Shown piece by piece: positions 28,111 to 37,319 of a stretch of 64,000 nucleotides of DNA. The position numbers and the translations under genes are program-made. The notes beneath the pieces were generated by a model that worked only from the letters and a program-made list of their open reading frames with translations, made no database searches and was not told the DNA's origin. The DNA is from Egibacteraceae bacterium. Its GTDB lineage: Bacteria > Actinomycetota > Nitriliruptoria > Euzebyales > Egibacteraceae. Position 1 is the stretch's first letter; each line of letters starts with the position of its first letter. The stretch is taken from NCBI GenBank assembly GCA_030447925.1, contig JAUJNX010000001.1, forward strand, positions 896,973-960,972. The letters are read 5' to 3'.

Positions 28111-28998
28111 ATGAGGATCCTCGTGACAGGCGCGACCGGCTTCGTCGGCCGCGCCCTCCTGCCCGCCCTGCTGGACGCCGGCCACGACGTCCTGGCCGGC
28201 ACCCGCCACCCCGACACCTACGACGGGCCGGGGTTGCCGGTGGCCGCCGACGTCGGGGACCCCGAGCAGTTGTCGGCGGCCCTGGACGGCTGCGACGCCG
28301 CCTACTACCTCGTGCACGCGATGGAGGGCGACCCGCGCGGCGACTTCGCCGCCCGCGACCGGCGCAGCGCCGAGGTGTTCGCCGAGCTGGCCGCCGCCCG
28401 CCGCCTCAAGGTCGTCTACCTCGGCGGGCTGGACAGCGCCGACACGGTCTCGGACCACCTGCGGTCGCGGCTGGAGGTCGGGCGCATCCTGCGCGAGCGC
28501 GCCGGTGCCGTCGAGCTGCGCGCCGCCGTCGTCATCGGCGCGGGCGGGTCGTCGTTCCGGATGCTCCAGGGCCTGGTCGAGAAGCTGCCGGTGCTCGTCG
28601 CCCCGCGCTGGGTCGACAGCCGCTGTCAGCCGATCGCCCTCGGCGACGTCGTGCGCTACCTCGCCGCGGCCCTGGACCTGCCCGCCGGCCACTACGACGT
28701 GGCCGGCGAGCAGGTGCTCACCTACGAGCAGATGCTCCTGGGCTACGCCCGCATCCGCGGCCTGCGCCGCACGCTGGTCACGGTGCCGTGGGTGCCGGCG
28801 GGGCTGTCGGCGCGCGGGGTGGCGCTGCTGTCGGGCCTGGACCTCGCGCTGGTCGAGCCCCTGATCGAGGGCCTCGCCGTCGACGTCGTGGCCGCCGACG
28901 ACCGCATCCGCGCGCTGGTCCCCTTCGACCCGCTGGACTACGAGCAGTCGGTCCGCGCCGCCCTGGCCCCCACCACCACACCCGCGGCGGCGGCCTAA
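28111..28998 (+). CDS. NAD(P)-binding SDR-family / NAD-dependent epimerase-like protein
   Basis: 'MRILVTGATGFVGRALLPALLDAGHDV' Rossmann start, 295 aa. Confidence 0.7.
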   Translation: MRILVTGATGFVGRALLPALLDAGHDVLAGTRHPDTYDGPGLPVAADVGDPEQLSAALDGCDAAYYLVHAMEGDPRGDFAARDRRSAEVFAELAAARRLKVVYLGGLDSADTVSDHLRSRLEVGRILRERAGAVELRAAVVIGAGGSSFRMLQGLVEKLPVLVAPRWVDSRCQPIALGDVVRYLAAALDLPAGHYDVAGEQVLTYEQMLLGYARIRGLRRTLVTVPWVPAGLSARGVALLSGLDLALVEPLIEGLAVDVVAADDRIRALVPFDPLDYEQSVRAALAPTTTPAAAA

Positions 28999-30623
28999 CC
29001 GGCGGTGCCGGGTCCGCCGGCCGCGCCGTCGTCGGTCGTCGCCTCGACGGCGTGGCCGTTGCCGGCGCGCGTCGCGCCGTCGGACCCGGTGCCGTCGCGC
29101 CCGGCGGGGCCGGCCAGGCGGCGGAACAGGTCCTGCAGGTCCACCCCGGTGAGGTCGGAGCCCAGCTGGAGGCCCTGCGCCACGGTGCCGGCGACGCTGC
29201 GCGGCAGCGCGGCGGCGCCCTCGGTGGACAGGATCGTGAGCTTGTCCACGCCCGCCAGCGGCTCCGCGGCGGCGCGCACCACCTGGGGCAGCACCTGGGT
29301 GAGCAGTTCCAGGACCGCGGCATCGCCGTACTCGCGGAACGCTTCGGCGTTGCGGCGGCGCGCGGTCGCCTCCGCCTCCCCGCGGGCCAGGATCGCCGCG
29401 GCCTCCGCCTCGCCCTCGCGCTGGACGGCGATCGCGACGGCCTCGCGGCGCGCGCGCTCCGCCGCGCCGCGCCGCTGGCCCTCGATCTCCTCGGCCTCGG
29501 CCAGCGCGGAGCGGCGGGCGCGCTCGGCCTCGCCCTCGACCTGCTGCGCCTGGGCGACCGCGGCCCGGCGGGCGCGCTCGCCCTCACCCGCCAGCCGGTT
29601 CTGCGCCGCCGTGGCCTCGGCCTCGGCGATCACCCGGGCGCGCTCCGCCTCGGACTCGAAGATCGACGCGTTGCGGGCCGCCTGGGCCTCCTGCTCGACC
29701 CGGTAGCGGGCCGCGTCGGCGGGCTTGCGGACCTGGGTGTCCAGCTCGCGGTCCTTCACCGCGGCGGCGCGCTCGGCGACCTTCTCCTGCTCGACGAGCA
29801 CCTCCTGGTCGCGGGCGGCCTGCGCCAGCGGGCCAGCGGCGGCGGCCCGCGCCTTGGCGGCGTCGATCTCGGCCTGGATCTCGGCCTGCTTCAGCTGGAG
29901 CTGGCGCTGGCTGACCGCGATCGCCTCCTGGGCCAGCAGCTGCTCCTGCTCGGCGGCCTGGCGCGCCCGCGCCTCGGCGATCGCCGCCTCCTTCTGCACC
30001 CGCGCGGACTCCGGGCGGCCCAGGTCGGTGAGGTAGTCGCCCTCGGCCTGGATGTCCTGGAGCTGGAAGGTGTCCAGCGCCAGGCCCTGGTTGGTGAGCG
30101 AGGTCTCCGCCTCCTCCGCCACCGCGGCGGCGAAGGCGGCGCGGTCCTTGATGATCTCGTCGACGGTCAGCCGCCCGACGATGGCGCGCAGGGAGCCGGC
30201 CAGGACCTCCTGGGTGAACTGGGTGATGCCCTCCTGCTGGTTGAGGAAGCGCTGCGCCGCGGCGCGGATCGCGTCCTCGTTGCCGCCGACCTTGACGATG
30301 GCGACGCCCTCGAGGTCGCACTTGATGCCCTGCGCCGACACCGCGCCGCTGATCCCCACGGGGATGCGCCGCGACGACAGGTCCATGACCTGGAGGCGCT
30401 GCACGAAGGGCAGGACGAAGATGCTCGCGCCCATGACGACCCGCTGGCCGCTCATGTCGGTGGAGATCTCGCCGGTCTCGGGGTTCTTCACCGGCCGGCC
30501 CTTGCGGCCCGTGACGATGAACGCCTCGTTCGGGCCGCCGACCTTGTAGCGCGACACCACGGCGAGGAACAGCAGCACCAGGAGGGCGAGCCCCCCGGCG
30601 AGGGCGATCAGCACGGTGCTCAC
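28995..30623 (-). CDS. Flotillin-like SPFH/Band-7 protein (FloT/YqiK-like), paralog 1
   Basis: 542 aa from GTG 30623 ('VSTVLIALAGGLALLVLLFLAVVSRYKVGGPNEAFIV'): N-terminal TM, SPFH domain, long Ala/Glu/Arg-rich coiled-coil repeats, Gly/Thr/Asp-rich tail; GTG overlaps NfeD stop (GTGA); RBS GGGAG. Confidence 0.8.
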   Translation of the reverse strand: MSTVLIALAGGLALLVLLFLAVVSRYKVGGPNEAFIVTGRKGRPVKNPETGEISTDMSGQRVVMGASIFVLPFVQRLQVMDLSSRRIPVGISGAVSAQGIKCDLEGVAIVKVGGNEDAIRAAAQRFLNQQEGITQFTQEVLAGSLRAIVGRLTVDEIIKDRAAFAAAVAEEAETSLTNQGLALDTFQLQDIQAEGDYLTDLGRPESARVQKEAAIAEARARQAAEQEQLLAQEAIAVSQRQLQLKQAEIQAEIDAAKARAAAAGPLAQAARDQEVLVEQEKVAERAAAVKDRELDTQVRKPADAARYRVEQEAQAARNASIFESEAERARVIAEAEATAAQNRLAGEGERARRAAVAQAQQVEGEAERARRSALAEAEEIEGQRRGAAERARREAVAIAVQREGEAEAAAILARGEAEATARRRNAEAFREYGDAAVLELLTQVLPQVVRAAAEPLAGVDKLTILSTEGAAALPRSVAGTVAQGLQLGSDLTGVDLQDLFRRLAGPAGRDGTGSDGATRAGNGHAVEATTDDGAAGGPGTAG

Positions 30624-31135
30624 GGCAGGACTCCCTGGTCGAGACCGGTGGGGGTGACGATCACGGCGGTCGGGCTGAGGACCTCCACCACGACCACCTG
30701 GCGGCCCACGGGGATGGGTTCGTCCGCCCGGGCCGACAGCTGGAGCTGCTGGCCCAGGTGCGTGACGCGCACGCGGCCCAGGCGCGCCGGGCCGACGGGC
30801 AGCAGGACCTCGCCGACGCGCCCGACGAGGTCGGCGGTGCGCGGGGTGGGGTCGGTGCGCATGCGCAGCAGCGCGCGGGTGAGCACGGCGACGCCCGCCC
30901 CCACCACGATCCCCGCGCCGGTGCCCACCCCGGCGGCGGCGCCGGTGCCCAGCGACGGCTCCGCCAGCGCGGCGGCGAAGCCGAAGGCCGCGAGGAAGCC
31001 GCCGATCGCCGGCGCCGACAGCCACCCGCCGCCGCCGTCGACGGCGTCGAGCAGCCCGTCGAGGACGTCGCCGACCAGCAGCGACGCGCCGACGACGACC
31101 AGCCCGATCACGCCGAGGACGACGAAGTAGCTCAC
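30620..31135 (-). CDS. NfeD family protein (flotillin/stomatin-associated membrane protein with OB-fold)
   Basis: 171 aa: hydrophobic Gly/Ala-rich N-terminal TM segments plus C-terminal OB-fold 'VGRVGEVLLPVGPARLGRVRV...GRQVVVVEV'; sits between two flotillin genes. Confidence 0.7.
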   Translation of the reverse strand: MSYFVVLGVIGLVVVGASLLVGDVLDGLLDAVDGGGGWLSAPAIGGFLAAFGFAAALAEPSLGTGAAAGVGTGAGIVVGAGVAVLTRALLRMRTDPTPRTADLVGRVGEVLLPVGPARLGRVRVTHLGQQLQLSARADEPIPVGRQVVVVEVLSPTAVIVTPTGLDQGVLP

Positions 31136-31242
31136 CGTCGCGGATCGTAGGGGAGTGCGGGCGCCCCGGCGCTGCCCGACGGGACGGCCCGGGCCCCGGC
31201 CGCCCGCCCGGCGCGGGCGGCGAGAGCGGGCGGCGAGGGCGG

Positions 31243-31337
31243 GCGGCGAGGAGGGGCCAGGGCGGCGAGGAGGGGCCAGGGCGGCTAGGAGGGGCCAGGG
31301 CGGCTAGGAGGGGCCAGGGCGGCTAGGAGGGGTCAGG
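31243..31337. repeat. 19-bp tandem repeat x5 (GCGGCGAGGAGGGGCCAGG x2, GCGGCTAGGAGGGGCCAGG x2, GCGGCTAGGAGGGGTCAGG x1), degenerate copies upstream from ~31215
   Basis: Head-to-tail copies at 31243, 31262, 31281, 31300, 31319; the stop codon of flotillin paralog 2 (plus-strand 'cta' at 31323-31325) lies inside the last copy; each late copy contains TAGGAGG. Confidence 0.8.
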
Positions 31338-32687
31338 GGCGGGGCGGGCGTGGCCGCCGTTGCCGTTGACCGCCGCGCCGTTGCCGTTGACCGCCGCGCC
31401 GTTGGCGGCGACGGCGGGCGCGGGGGCGGTGGGGGCCGGGGTCGCGTCGACCGGGGCGGGAGCCGCGGTCCTGGTGCGCCGCAGCAGGGCGCGGATGTCC
31501 ACGCCGGTGAGCTCGGAGCCCAGGTCGATGCCCTGCTCGATGGCCCGCGGCTCGGTCATGCCGCGCACGACCTCCGGCAGGATGCCGACGACCAGCTCGA
31601 GGGTCGCGTCGTCGCCGTAGGCGCGCATGACCTCCGCGTGGCGGCGGCGCACCTCGGCCTCGGCCTCCCCGCGGGCCAGGATGCCGGAGCTCTCCGCCTC
31701 GCCGGTCAGGCGAAGGCGCTCGGCGTCGGCCTCCGCCCGCGCGAGCGTGGCGGCCTTGTCCGCGTCGGCGCGCAGGAGCGCGGCGTTGCGCGCGGCGTGC
31801 GCGGCCTGCTCGACGCGGTAGCGCTCCGCGTCGGCGGGCTTGCGGACCTCGGCGTCCAGCTCGCGGTCGCGGACGCCGGCGAGGCGCTCGGCCGCGCGCT
31901 CGCGCTCGGCCAGCACGTCGTGCTCCCGCCCCGCGCGGGTCAGGGTGCCGGCGACCTCGGCGTCGGCCTGCGCCGCGTCGACCTCCGCGCGGATCTCCGC
32001 CTGCTTGAGCGCGAGCTGGCGCTGGGAGATCGCGATCGCCTCCTCGGCCAGGAGGCGCTCCCGCTCCGACGCCTGCCGGGCGCGCGCCTCGGCGATGACC
32101 CCGTCGCGGTGCACGCGCGCGGCCTCGCCGCGGCCCAGGTCGGTGAGGTAGTCGCCCTCGACGGCGATGTCGAGCAGCTGGAAGGTGTCCAGGGCCAGGC
32201 CCTGGTTGCCCAGCGCGCGCTGGGCGTCGCGGGCGACCTCCGCGGCCGTCCCGGCCCGGTCGCCGACCAGCTGGTCCACCCCCGTGCGCCCGACCACGGC
32301 GCGCAGCGACCCGGCCAGCACCTCCTGGGTGAACTGGGTGATGCCCTCCTGCTGGTCCAGGAACCGCTGGGCAGCCGCCCGCACGGCCTCCTCGGTGCCC
32401 GCGACCTTGACGACGGCGACGCCCTCCAGGTCGCAGCGGATCCCGGTGGCCGACAGCGCGCCGCCCACGCCCACGGGGATCCGGCGCGCCGACAGGTCCA
32501 TCACCTGGAGGCGCTGCAGGAACGGCCACACGAAGGTGGTGCCGCCCAGCACCACCCGGTCGCCGCGGCGGCCGCTGACCACGAGCGCCTCGTTGGGGCC
32601 GCCGACCTCGTACCGCGACAGCAACGCGACGCCGACGGCCACGACGGCGGCCACGCCGCCGACCGTCGCGAGCACCACTTCGTCCAC
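31323..32687 (-). CDS. Flotillin-like SPFH/Band-7 protein, paralog 2
   Basis: 'RYEVGGPNEALVVSGRRG' aligns with paralog-1 'RYKVGGPNEAFIVTGRKG'; same SPFH plus coiled-coil layout; start chosen at GTG 32687 (VDEVVLATVGG) 8 nt after GAGGGAG; C-terminus carries the in-frame repeat 'NGAAVNGNGAAVNGNG'. Confidence 0.75.
   Translation of the reverse strand: MDEVVLATVGGVAAVVAVGVALLSRYEVGGPNEALVVSGRRGDRVVLGGTTFVWPFLQRLQVMDLSARRIPVGVGGALSATGIRCDLEGVAVVKVAGTEEAVRAAAQRFLDQQEGITQFTQEVLAGSLRAVVGRTGVDQLVGDRAGTAAEVARDAQRALGNQGLALDTFQLLDIAVEGDYLTDLGRGEAARVHRDGVIAEARARQASERERLLAEEAIAISQRQLALKQAEIRAEVDAAQADAEVAGTLTRAGREHDVLAERERAAERLAGVRDRELDAEVRKPADAERYRVEQAAHAARNAALLRADADKAATLARAEADAERLRLTGEAESSGILARGEAEAEVRRRHAEVMRAYGDDATLELVVGILPEVVRGMTEPRAIEQGIDLGSELTGVDIRALLRRTRTAAPAPVDATPAPTAPAPAVAANGAAVNGNGAAVNGNGGHARPAPDPS
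31357..31399. repeat. 21-bp in-frame tandem repeat x2 inside the 3' end of flotillin paralog 2
   Basis: 'ccgttgccgttgaccgccgcgc' repeated with 21-bp period, encoding AAVNGNG x2 on the minus strand. Confidence 0.5.
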
Positions 32688-32782
32688 TCCCACATCTCCC
32701 TCGACCAGGGGGCACAGTGGCGCGGAGTCTAGGAGTGGGCGTCCGTCAACCCGTGGAACCGCTCCCGCTACCCTCTCGCACC

Positions 32783-33997
32783 ATGACACCACTGGTGAAC
32801 TCCGAGGTCGGACGCCTGCGCGAGGTCGTCCTGCACCGGCCGGACCTCGAACTGCGGCGCCTCACACCGGCCAACAAGGACACCCTGCTGTTCGACGAGC
32901 TCGTCTGGGTGGGCAGGGCCCAGGAGGAGCACGACCAGTTCCGCGGCGTGCTGGAGGCCGGGGGCGTGCGCGTCCGGCTCTTCGCCGACCTGCTGGTGGC
33001 GTCCCTCGCCGATGAGGCCGTCCGCCGCGGATTGATCGCCGCCGTCGTGACCCCCGACGTCTGCGGGGTGGAGCTGGTCGACCGCGTCGCCGGGCACCTC
33101 GCCGACCTGGAGCCCGCCGACCTGGTCCGCCACCTGATCGGCGGCCTGACGGTCGCGGAGGTGCCCGGCGCGGGCGAGGGCTTCGTCGGGGGCGTCCTGG
33201 GGCCCAACGCCTTTCTGCTGCCCCCGCTGCCCAACACCGTGTTCACCCGCGACCCGTCGGCCTGGGTGCGCGGCGGGGTCGTGCTGTCGCCCATGGCCCG
33301 CCCCGCCCGCCGCGCCGAGCGCCGCCTGTGGGCGACCGTCTACCGCCACCACCCCGACCTCGCCGTCCCCGAGCAGGCCATCTGGTACGGCGAGCGGCCG
33401 GAGGACTACTTCCCGGCCACCATCGAGGGCGGCGACGTCCTGGTGCTGTCCGAGCGCTGCGTGGCGATCGGGCTGTCGGAGCGCAGCTCCCCGATCGCCG
33501 CGGAGAACCTCGCCGCCCGGCTGTTCGCCGCCGGCGCGGTCGACTGGGTCCTGGCCGTCGACCTGCCCAAGGCCCGCGGGCAGATGCACCTGGACACCGT
33601 GCTGACCGTCGTCGACGCCGACGCCGTCGTCCTGTGGCCGCGCCTGCTCGACGTCGCCCGCGTGCACCGGATCGACCCGACGGTGGGCGGGCGCGCTCGC
33701 GTCCGCGAGGAGCCCGACCTCGTCCGCGCGCTGGCCGCCGGGCTGGGCGTGGACACCCTGCGGGTGGTGACCACCGGCGCCGACCAGGTCCTGGCCGACC
33801 GCGAGCAGTGGGACGACGGCAACAACACCCTGGCCCTGCGCCCCGGCGCCGTGGTCGCCTACGAGCGCAACGTGGACACCAACCGGCGCCTGCGGGAGGC
33901 CGGGGTCACCGTCCACACGATCAGCTCGTCGGAGCTGCCGCGCGGCCGCGGCGGGCCACGCTGCATGTCCTGCCCCGTCGTCCGCGACCCCATCTGA
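32783..33997 (+). CDS. arcA: Arginine deiminase
   Basis: 'MTPLVNSEVGRLREVVLHRPDLELRRLTPANKDTLLFDE' ADI N-terminus, ~404 aa, catalytic Cys near C-terminus ('GGPRCMSCPV'). Confidence 0.85.
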   Translation: MTPLVNSEVGRLREVVLHRPDLELRRLTPANKDTLLFDELVWVGRAQEEHDQFRGVLEAGGVRVRLFADLLVASLADEAVRRGLIAAVVTPDVCGVELVDRVAGHLADLEPADLVRHLIGGLTVAEVPGAGEGFVGGVLGPNAFLLPPLPNTVFTRDPSAWVRGGVVLSPMARPARRAERRLWATVYRHHPDLAVPEQAIWYGERPEDYFPATIEGGDVLVLSERCVAIGLSERSSPIAAENLAARLFAAGAVDWVLAVDLPKARGQMHLDTVLTVVDADAVVLWPRLLDVARVHRIDPTVGGRARVREEPDLVRALAAGLGVDTLRVVTTGADQVLADREQWDDGNNTLALRPGAVVAYERNVDTNRRLREAGVTVHTISSSELPRGRGGPRCMSCPVVRDPI

Positions 33998-34020
33998 CCC
34001 GCCGAGGGCGGGCTCCGGGG

Positions 34021-34425
34021 TCAGTCGTCCGCGCGGGCGTCGTAGGCGGCTCGGGCGGCGGTGATCTCGGCGATGTTGGCCTCGGCGAACGCCTTGACGG
34101 CGCGCAGGACGCCGCCCAGGCGCTCGCCCAGCGGCGTCAGCTCGTAGTCGACGCGCACCGGCACCCCGGCGGTGACGGTGCGGGTGACCATCCCGTCGCG
34201 CTCCAGGGAGCGCAGGGTCTGGGTCAGCATCTTCTGGCTGACCCCGGCGATCTCGCGCCGGAGCTCGCTGTAGCGACGCGGACCGGGCAGCAGGGCGACG
34301 ACCACGAGCCCGGTCCACTTGTCGCTGATGACGCCGAGCACCTCCCGCGCGGGGCAGGTGGCCAAAAAGGCGTCGTAGGCGGCCTGCTCGGCGCTGCGCC
34401 GCTGGCCGGCGGTCATCGTGACCAT
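34021..34425 (-). CDS. HxlR-family (MarR-like) transcriptional regulator
   Basis: 135 aa tail of ORF 34021..35289 from 'MVTMTAGQRR'; 'CPAREVLGVISDKWTGLVVVALLPGPRRYSELRREIAGVSQKMLTQTLRSLERDGMV' HxlR HTH; divergent from an oxidoreductase, as is typical. Confidence 0.75.
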   Translation of the reverse strand: MVTMTAGQRRSAEQAAYDAFLATCPAREVLGVISDKWTGLVVVALLPGPRRYSELRREIAGVSQKMLTQTLRSLERDGMVTRTVTAGVPVRVDYELTPLGERLGGVLRAVKAFAEANIAEITAARAAYDARADD

Positions 34426-34522
34426 GGGTTCCTCCAGGTGCCTGCACCACTTCCGGGTGCCTACTTCCCCCCAGAGACTAGCTGCCCCACGCTGCCCCGG
34501 AGCGACGACGAGGGAGCAGATC

Positions 34523-35458
34523 ATGCGTGCAGTGGTGGTGGACGAGTTCGGGGGCCCCGAGGTGCTGCGGGTGGCCGACCTGCCGGCGGGGGAGCCCGGG
34601 CCCGGCGAGGTGGCGGTGCGCGTCACGGCGGCGGCGGTGAACCCCGTCGATCTCATGACCCGGTCGGGGATGCTGGCCGCGATGCTGCCGGCCGGGGGCC
34701 GCGCGCCGTGGGTGCTCGGCTGGGACCTGGCCGGGACCGTCGAGGCGGTCGGACCCGGCGTGCACGACATCCCGCCCGGCGGCGCGGTGGTCGCCATGTC
34801 GGACTGGTTCGACGCGGGCGTGGGCGTGCAGGCCGAGCAGGTGGTGCTGCCGGCGCGGCTCCTGGCCCCCGCGCCCGCGGGGGTGGCGCCCGAGGCGGCC
34901 GCCACCCTGCCGCTGAACGCCATGACCGCGGTCCAGGCGCTGGACCTGCTCGACCTGCCCGCCGGTTCGACCCTGCTGGTGACCGGGGCGGCGGGCGGGG
35001 TCGGCGGGTACGCGGTCGAGCTGGCCGCGGCGCGCGGGCTGCACGTCCTCGCCCAGGTGGGGACCGCCGACGCCGACCTCGTCCTCGGGCTGGGCGCGGC
35101 CGGGGTCGGGGACCGCGGCGGCGACCCCGTCGCGGCGGCGCGGGCGGCCGCCCCCGGCGGTGTCGACGGCCTGCTGGACGCGGCCGTCGCGGGACCGCAC
35201 CTGATCGGCGCGGTGCGCGACGGCGGGGCCTTCGTCGCGGTCATCGACCCCGCCCTGCCCGCCCCCGAGCGCGGGGTGCGCACCGCCAAGGTCAGCGTGC
35301 GCGGGGACGGGGTCCAGCTCGGCGAGCTGGTGCGCCTGGTGGAGCAGGGGCGGCTGTCCCTGCGCGTGGCCGGCGTCCTGCCGTTCGCTGAGGCGGCCGA
35401 GGCCCACCGGCAGCTGGAGAAGGGCGGCGTCCGGGGACGCCTCGTCCTCGTCCCCTGA
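34523..35458 (+). CDS. Zinc-type alcohol dehydrogenase/quinone oxidoreductase (MDR superfamily)
   Basis: 'MRAVVVDEFGGPEVLRVADLPAGEPGPGEVAVRVTAAAVNPVD', cofactor loop 'LLVTGAAGGVGGYAVELA'; RBS GAGGGAG. Confidence 0.75.
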   Translation: MRAVVVDEFGGPEVLRVADLPAGEPGPGEVAVRVTAAAVNPVDLMTRSGMLAAMLPAGGRAPWVLGWDLAGTVEAVGPGVHDIPPGGAVVAMSDWFDAGVGVQAEQVVLPARLLAPAPAGVAPEAAATLPLNAMTAVQALDLLDLPAGSTLLVTGAAGGVGGYAVELAAARGLHVLAQVGTADADLVLGLGAAGVGDRGGDPVAAARAAAPGGVDGLLDAAVAGPHLIGAVRDGGAFVAVIDPALPAPERGVRTAKVSVRGDGVQLGELVRLVEQGRLSLRVAGVLPFAEAAEAHRQLEKGGVRGRLVLVP

Positions 35459-35522
35459 CCGCGCCGCGTCGGGCCCGGGCGGGTCGTATGTACGCAGCGT
35501 AGATCTCAAGTAGCGTTGCGTC

Positions 35523-36155
35523 ATGAACCGCAGGGACCTGATCAGGGGGCTGGCGGGGGTGGTCCCCGGAGCGCTCGCGATCGACGTGCTCACCGCGTCG
35601 CTCGCGGGCGCCCAGGGCGGCGACGCCACCCCTCCGGTCGGCGTCCTGAACGAGGCCCTGGTCCTCGAGCACCTCCAGGACGAGTTCTACCGGCAGGCCG
35701 TGGCCGCCGGCCTGCTCGGCGGCGCGGAGGCCGCGTGGCTCGCCCGCATCGGCCAGGACGAGGCGGCGCACGTCGCGGTCCTGACCCAGGCGGTCACCGA
35801 CCTGGGCGGCACGCCCGCGGCGCAGCCCGCGGTCGACTTCGGGGACGCCTTCGCCGACCGGGAGCACCTGCTGGCGACGGCGCTGCGGTTCGAGAACGCC
35901 TGCGTGCGCGGCTACCTCGGTGCGGCGGCGGCGGTCCTGGGCGACCCGGGCGTGCTGCAGGCGGTGCTGGGGATCTACGGGGTCGAGGCGCGCCACGCGG
36001 CCCTGCTCGCCCTGATGGCGGGCCGGCCCGCCGCCGGGGGGATCTTCGCCGGCCCGGTCGAGACCCCCGCGAGCCTCGCGCAGGTCGCCGCCGAGGTCGG
36101 GGTGTTCGTCGCCGACCCCGCCGCGGTGACCGGCAGGGCCGCCGCCACCACCTAG
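35523..36155 (+). CDS. Tat-signal ferritin-like domain protein (DUF4439-like)
   Basis: Twin-arginine 'MNRRDLIRGLAGVVPGALA'; ferritin-like 'LNEALVLEHLQDEFYRQAV...GVEARHAALL' helices. Confidence 0.6.
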   Translation: MNRRDLIRGLAGVVPGALAIDVLTASLAGAQGGDATPPVGVLNEALVLEHLQDEFYRQAVAAGLLGGAEAAWLARIGQDEAAHVAVLTQAVTDLGGTPAAQPAVDFGDAFADREHLLATALRFENACVRGYLGAAAAVLGDPGVLQAVLGIYGVEARHAALLALMAGRPAAGGIFAGPVETPASLAQVAAEVGVFVADPAAVTGRAAATT

Positions 36156-36180
36156 CCGGGCGCGACCCCGCGCGGGCGGG

Positions 36181-37319
36181 TCAGCGGGCCGGGGTGGCGG
36201 CGCCCGTGCGGGCGACCTGCGCCAGCGCGTCGGTGGCCGCGTCCAGGTCGGCCGCGGTGGTGTAGACGTGCGGCGACAGCCGCACGACGGGCACGTTCGA
36301 CGACCAGGGCACGTCCGACGGGGGCACCCAGCGGCTCGAGACCCCGCGCTCGGCGAGCCCGGCGACGACGTCCGCGGGCGGCACGCCGTCGACGGTCACC
36401 GCGACGATGCCCGCCGTCGCCGCCGGTGGGTCGGCCAGGCGCACGCCGGGCAGGGCGCGGACGCGGTCGCGCACGTCGGCCGCGACACGGCCGCCACCCG
36501 GCCGGCGACGGCGGCGGGCCCCGCGTCCAGCAGCTCGCGCAGCGCGACGCCCAGGCCGAGCAGCGCGGCGACGTTGACCTCGTGCCGCTCGAACGCCCGG
36601 GCCCCGCGGGCGCGGACCAGCCGGTCGCCCTCGACCCGGTGGGAGAACTGGCCGACCAGCGGCGGCGCCAGCTCCGCGGCCGCCCCGCGCAGGACCAGGA
36701 ACCCCGTCCCGCGCGTGCCGCGGAGCCACTTGCGGCCGGTGGCCACCAGGATGTCGGCGCCGTCGGCCGCGGCGCGCACGGGCGTCTGGCCCAGCGACTG
36801 GGCCGCGTCGACCAGCAGCAGCGCCCCGGCCGCGGAGGCGCGGGCCGCGACCTCCGCGATCGGTTACACCACGCCGGTCCACATCGGCACGTGGCAGAGG
36901 CTGACCAGCCGCGCGCCGCCCGCCAGCGCCGCGTCCAGGCGGTCGAGGTCCAGCAGCCCGTCGTGGCCGTGGTCGACGACCGCGATCTCCACGCCGCGCT
37001 CCTGCGCCAGCCAGCGGTAGGTGGTGCCCTGGACGCCCCAGTCATGACGGCTGACGACCACGCGGTCGCCGGCCCGCCAGGTGATGGCGCCGAGGGCCTG
37101 GGCGATGGCGTCCGACGCGCCCGTGAGCAGCGCGACCTCGTCGGGCTCCGCGCCCAGGGCCTCGGCCGCCGCGGCGCGAGCCTCGGTGAGCTCGCCGGCC
37201 GCCCCCGCCGCGGCGACGTAGCCGTCGTCGGCCTCGGCCTCCAGGTGGGCCCGCACCCGGGCCAGGGTCGCCGCCGACGGCCGGGACATCCCGGCCGCGT
37301 TGAGGGCGACCCGCCTCAC
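36181..37319 (-). pseudogene. Class V aminotransferase (cysteine desulfurase-like PLP enzyme) carrying an in-frame TAA and a frameshift
   Basis: N-terminal part 'MRRVALNAAGMSRPSAATLARV...CHVPMWTGVV' ends at TAA (plus-strand tta 36864-36866) where Q/E is expected before 'PIAEVAARASAAGALLLVDAAQS'; PLP-lysine region 'ILVATGRKWLRG' continues in frame, then a +1 frameshift near 36478 before 'DRVRALPGVRLADPP...PHVYTTAADLDAA'. Confidence 0.6.

Noticed and set aside
31243-31337. Tandem repeats as a possible CRISPR array
   Set aside because: The units are contiguous with no spacers, only 19 bp long, and no cas genes are present. It is a minisatellite, not a CRISPR.
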